Shown here piece by piece: positions 62,201-64,000 of a DNA stretch of 64,000 nucleotides; position 1 is the stretch's first letter, and each line of letters starts with the position of its first letter. The stretch spans positions 26,412,001-26,476,000 of the forward strand of contig OZ024753.1 of NCBI GenBank assembly GCA_964016885.1, written 5' to 3'. The translations under genes and the position numbers were made by a program. The stretch comes from Eledone cirrhosa (Eukaryota). A model generated the notes under the pieces. It did no database searches. It was not told where the DNA came from and saw only the letters and a program-made list of their open reading frames with translations.

Positions 62201-63412
62201 GGAAGGGTGACGTTACCTATGTTAGGAGGGTGCCTTTACCTATGTTAGGAGAGTACCATTACCTATGTTGGGAGGGTGCCGTTACCTATGATGGGAGAGT
62301 GCCGTTACCGATGTTGGGAGGGTGCCGTTACCTATTTGGGAGAGTGCCATCACCTAAGTTAGGAGGGTGCCGTTACCTATGTTAAGAGGGTACCTTTGAT
62401 TATGTTGGAAGGGTGGAGTTACCTATGTTAGGAGGGTGCCATTACCTATGTTGGAAGGGTGCCGTTACCTATGTTAGGAGGGTGCCGTTTCCTATGTTTG
62501 GAGGGTGCCGTTATCTATGTTGGGAGAGTGCCATTACCCATGTTAGGAGGGTGTCGTTACCTATAATGGGATAGTGCCATTACCTATGTTGGGAGGGTGT
62601 CGTTACCTATGTTAGGAGGGTGCCATTACCTATGTTGGAAGGGTGCCGTTACTTATGTTAGGAGAGTGCCGTTACGTATGTTGGGAGGGTGCTGTTACCG
62701 TTGTGGGAAGAGTGCAAATACCTATGTTGGGAGGGTTCCGTTACCTTTGTTGGAAGGGTGCCGTTACCTATGTTAGGAGGGTGCCGTTACTTATCTTGGG
62801 AGGGTGCCGTTACCTATGTTATGAGGGTGCCGTTACTTATGTTGGGAGAGTGTCGTTACCTATGTTGGGAGAGTGCCGTTACCTATGTTAGGAGGGTGCC
62901 GTTACCCATGTTAGGAGAGTGCCATTACCTATCTTGGGAGTGTGACGATACCTATGATGGGAGAGTGCCGTTCCCGATGTTGGGAGGGTGCCGTTACCTA
63001 TTTGGGAGAGTGCCATCACCTATGTTAGGAGGGTGCCGTTACCTATATTAGGAGGGTACCTTTAATTATGTTGGATGGGTGCCGTTACCTATGTTGGGAG
63101 GGTGCCGTTACCTATGCTTGGAGAGTGCCGTTACCTATGTTGCGAGGGAGCCGTTACCTATGTTAGGAGGGTACCTTTCATTATGTTGGAAGGATGCCGT
63201 TACCTATGTTAGGAGAGTGCCATTACCTATGTTAGAAGGGTGCCATTACCTATGTTGGAAGGGTGCCTTACCTAGGTTAGGAGGGTGCCATTACCTATGT
63301 TAGGAGAGTGCCATTACCTATGTTAGGAGGGTGCCGTTACCTATGTTTGGAGGGTGTCGTTACCTAAGTTGGGAGAGTGCTGTTACCTATGTTGGGAGAG
63401 TGCCGTTACTTA
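31429..63412 (+). repeat. ~31.98-kb tandem duplication, right copy (complete A+B unit)
   Basis: Identity with the left copy ends after GCCGTTACTTA (31431 vs 63412). The left copy continues AGTCTACG (satellite A) and the right copy continues TGTTGGAA (satellite B). Confidence 0.96.
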
Positions 63413-64000
63413 TGTTGGAAGGGTGGCGTTTCCTATGTTGGGAGAGTGCGAGTACCTATGTTAGGAGAGTGCCATTACCTATGTTAGGAGGGTGCCATTA
63501 CCTATGTTAGGAGGGTGCCATTACCTACGTTGGAAGGGTGCCGTTACCTATGGTGGGAGAGTGCCATTACCTATGTTGGGAGGTGGGTCGTTACCTATGT
63601 TAGGAGGGAGCCATTACCTATTTTGGAAGGGTGCCGTTACCTAAGTTGGGAGAGTGCTGTTACCTATGTTGGGAGGGTGACGTTACCTATGTTGGAAGGG
63701 TGGCGTGACCTATGTTGGGAGGGTGCCGTTACCTATGGTGGGAGAGTGCCGTTACCTATGTTGGGAGGGCGCCGTTACCTATGTTGGGAGAGTGGCGTTT
63801 CCTATGTTGGAGGGTGCCGTTCCCTATGTTGGGAGGGTGCCATTACCTATGTTAGGAGGGTGCCATTACCTATGTTGGAAGGGTGCCGTTACCTATGTTA
63901 GGAGTGTGCCGTTACCTATGTTGGGAGGGTGCCGTTACCTATGTTAGAAGGGTGCCATTACCTATGTTGGAAGGGTGCCGTTACCTATGTTAGGAGTGTG
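47216..64000 (+). repeat. Satellite B array, block 2 (continues beyond right end)
   Basis: Same 23-bp monomer. Matches block 1 at offset 31,980, then 31,981 after the G-run at 50851, and runs on past the point where block 1 stops. Confidence 0.98.
53703..63835 (+). repeat. 5,060-bp tandem duplication within satellite B, two complete units (53703-58762, 58763-63822)
   Basis: Offsets of 5,060 (53763/58823, 58455/63515). Identity ends at 63835, where 'gggag|ggtgc' replaces 'gggag|agtct' seen at 58771-58780. Confidence 0.95.

Noticed and set aside
31429-63412. Near-equal sizes of the A (15.8 kb) and B (16.2 kb) halves as a designed symmetry
   Set aside because: A single instance, and each half's length is set by unrelated earlier duplications; there is no support beyond coincidence.
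15163-63947. Numerous Cys-rich ORFs repeating VPLPMLGGCRYLCWEGAVTYVGR
   Set aside because: They are an artefact of a 23-bp monomer: three monomers give a 23-aa repeat seen in all three frames. ORFs overlap freely and mostly end where the TTAGG variant places TAG in frame. The minus strand has TAG and TAA in each monomer, hence no ORFs there. Indels do not preserve frame.
1-64000. True telomere or telomerase-synthesised long repeat (e.g. yeast-type 23-bp telomere)
   Set aside because: There is no pure telomeric tract, the monomers are diverged with kb-scale higher-order structure typical of recombinational amplification, and B does not match the Candida albicans 23-mer apart from one chance 'acggatgt' at ~23200.
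1-64000. Assignment to a named satellite family or a centromeric role
   Set aside because: I do not recognise either monomer with confidence. A match in length to known 23-bp or 32-bp satellites is not evidence, and centromere function cannot be read from this sequence.

Overview
This window is entirely non-coding tandem-repeat (satellite) DNA, probably eukaryotic heterochromatin; I cannot name the organism or the satellite families. Two satellites alternate A-B-A-B, both G-rich on the + strand. Satellite A has a ~32-bp monomer built from hexamers, (TAAGTC)2 TAAGGC (TTGGGG)2 TT, with frequent 26-bp variants; it spans 1-15235 and 31429-47215. Satellite B has a 23-bp monomer, TGCCRTTACCTATGTTRGGAGRG; it spans 15236-31428 and 47216-64000. 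The alternation arises from a near-identical ~31,980-bp tandem duplication spanning the A/B boundary, joined through a 3-bp TTA microhomology at 31429-31431. Nested inside are a 5,060-bp duplication in B and several older 0.35-4 kb duplications and mosaic patches in both satellites, so the order of events can be partly reconstructed. All listed ORFs are read-through artefacts of the repeats. I found no genes, RNA genes, transposons or CRISPR arrays, and no gene-encoded novel system; the interest lies in the repeat architecture. All comparisons were made by eye, so internal coordinates are approximate and the difference counts are lower bounds.
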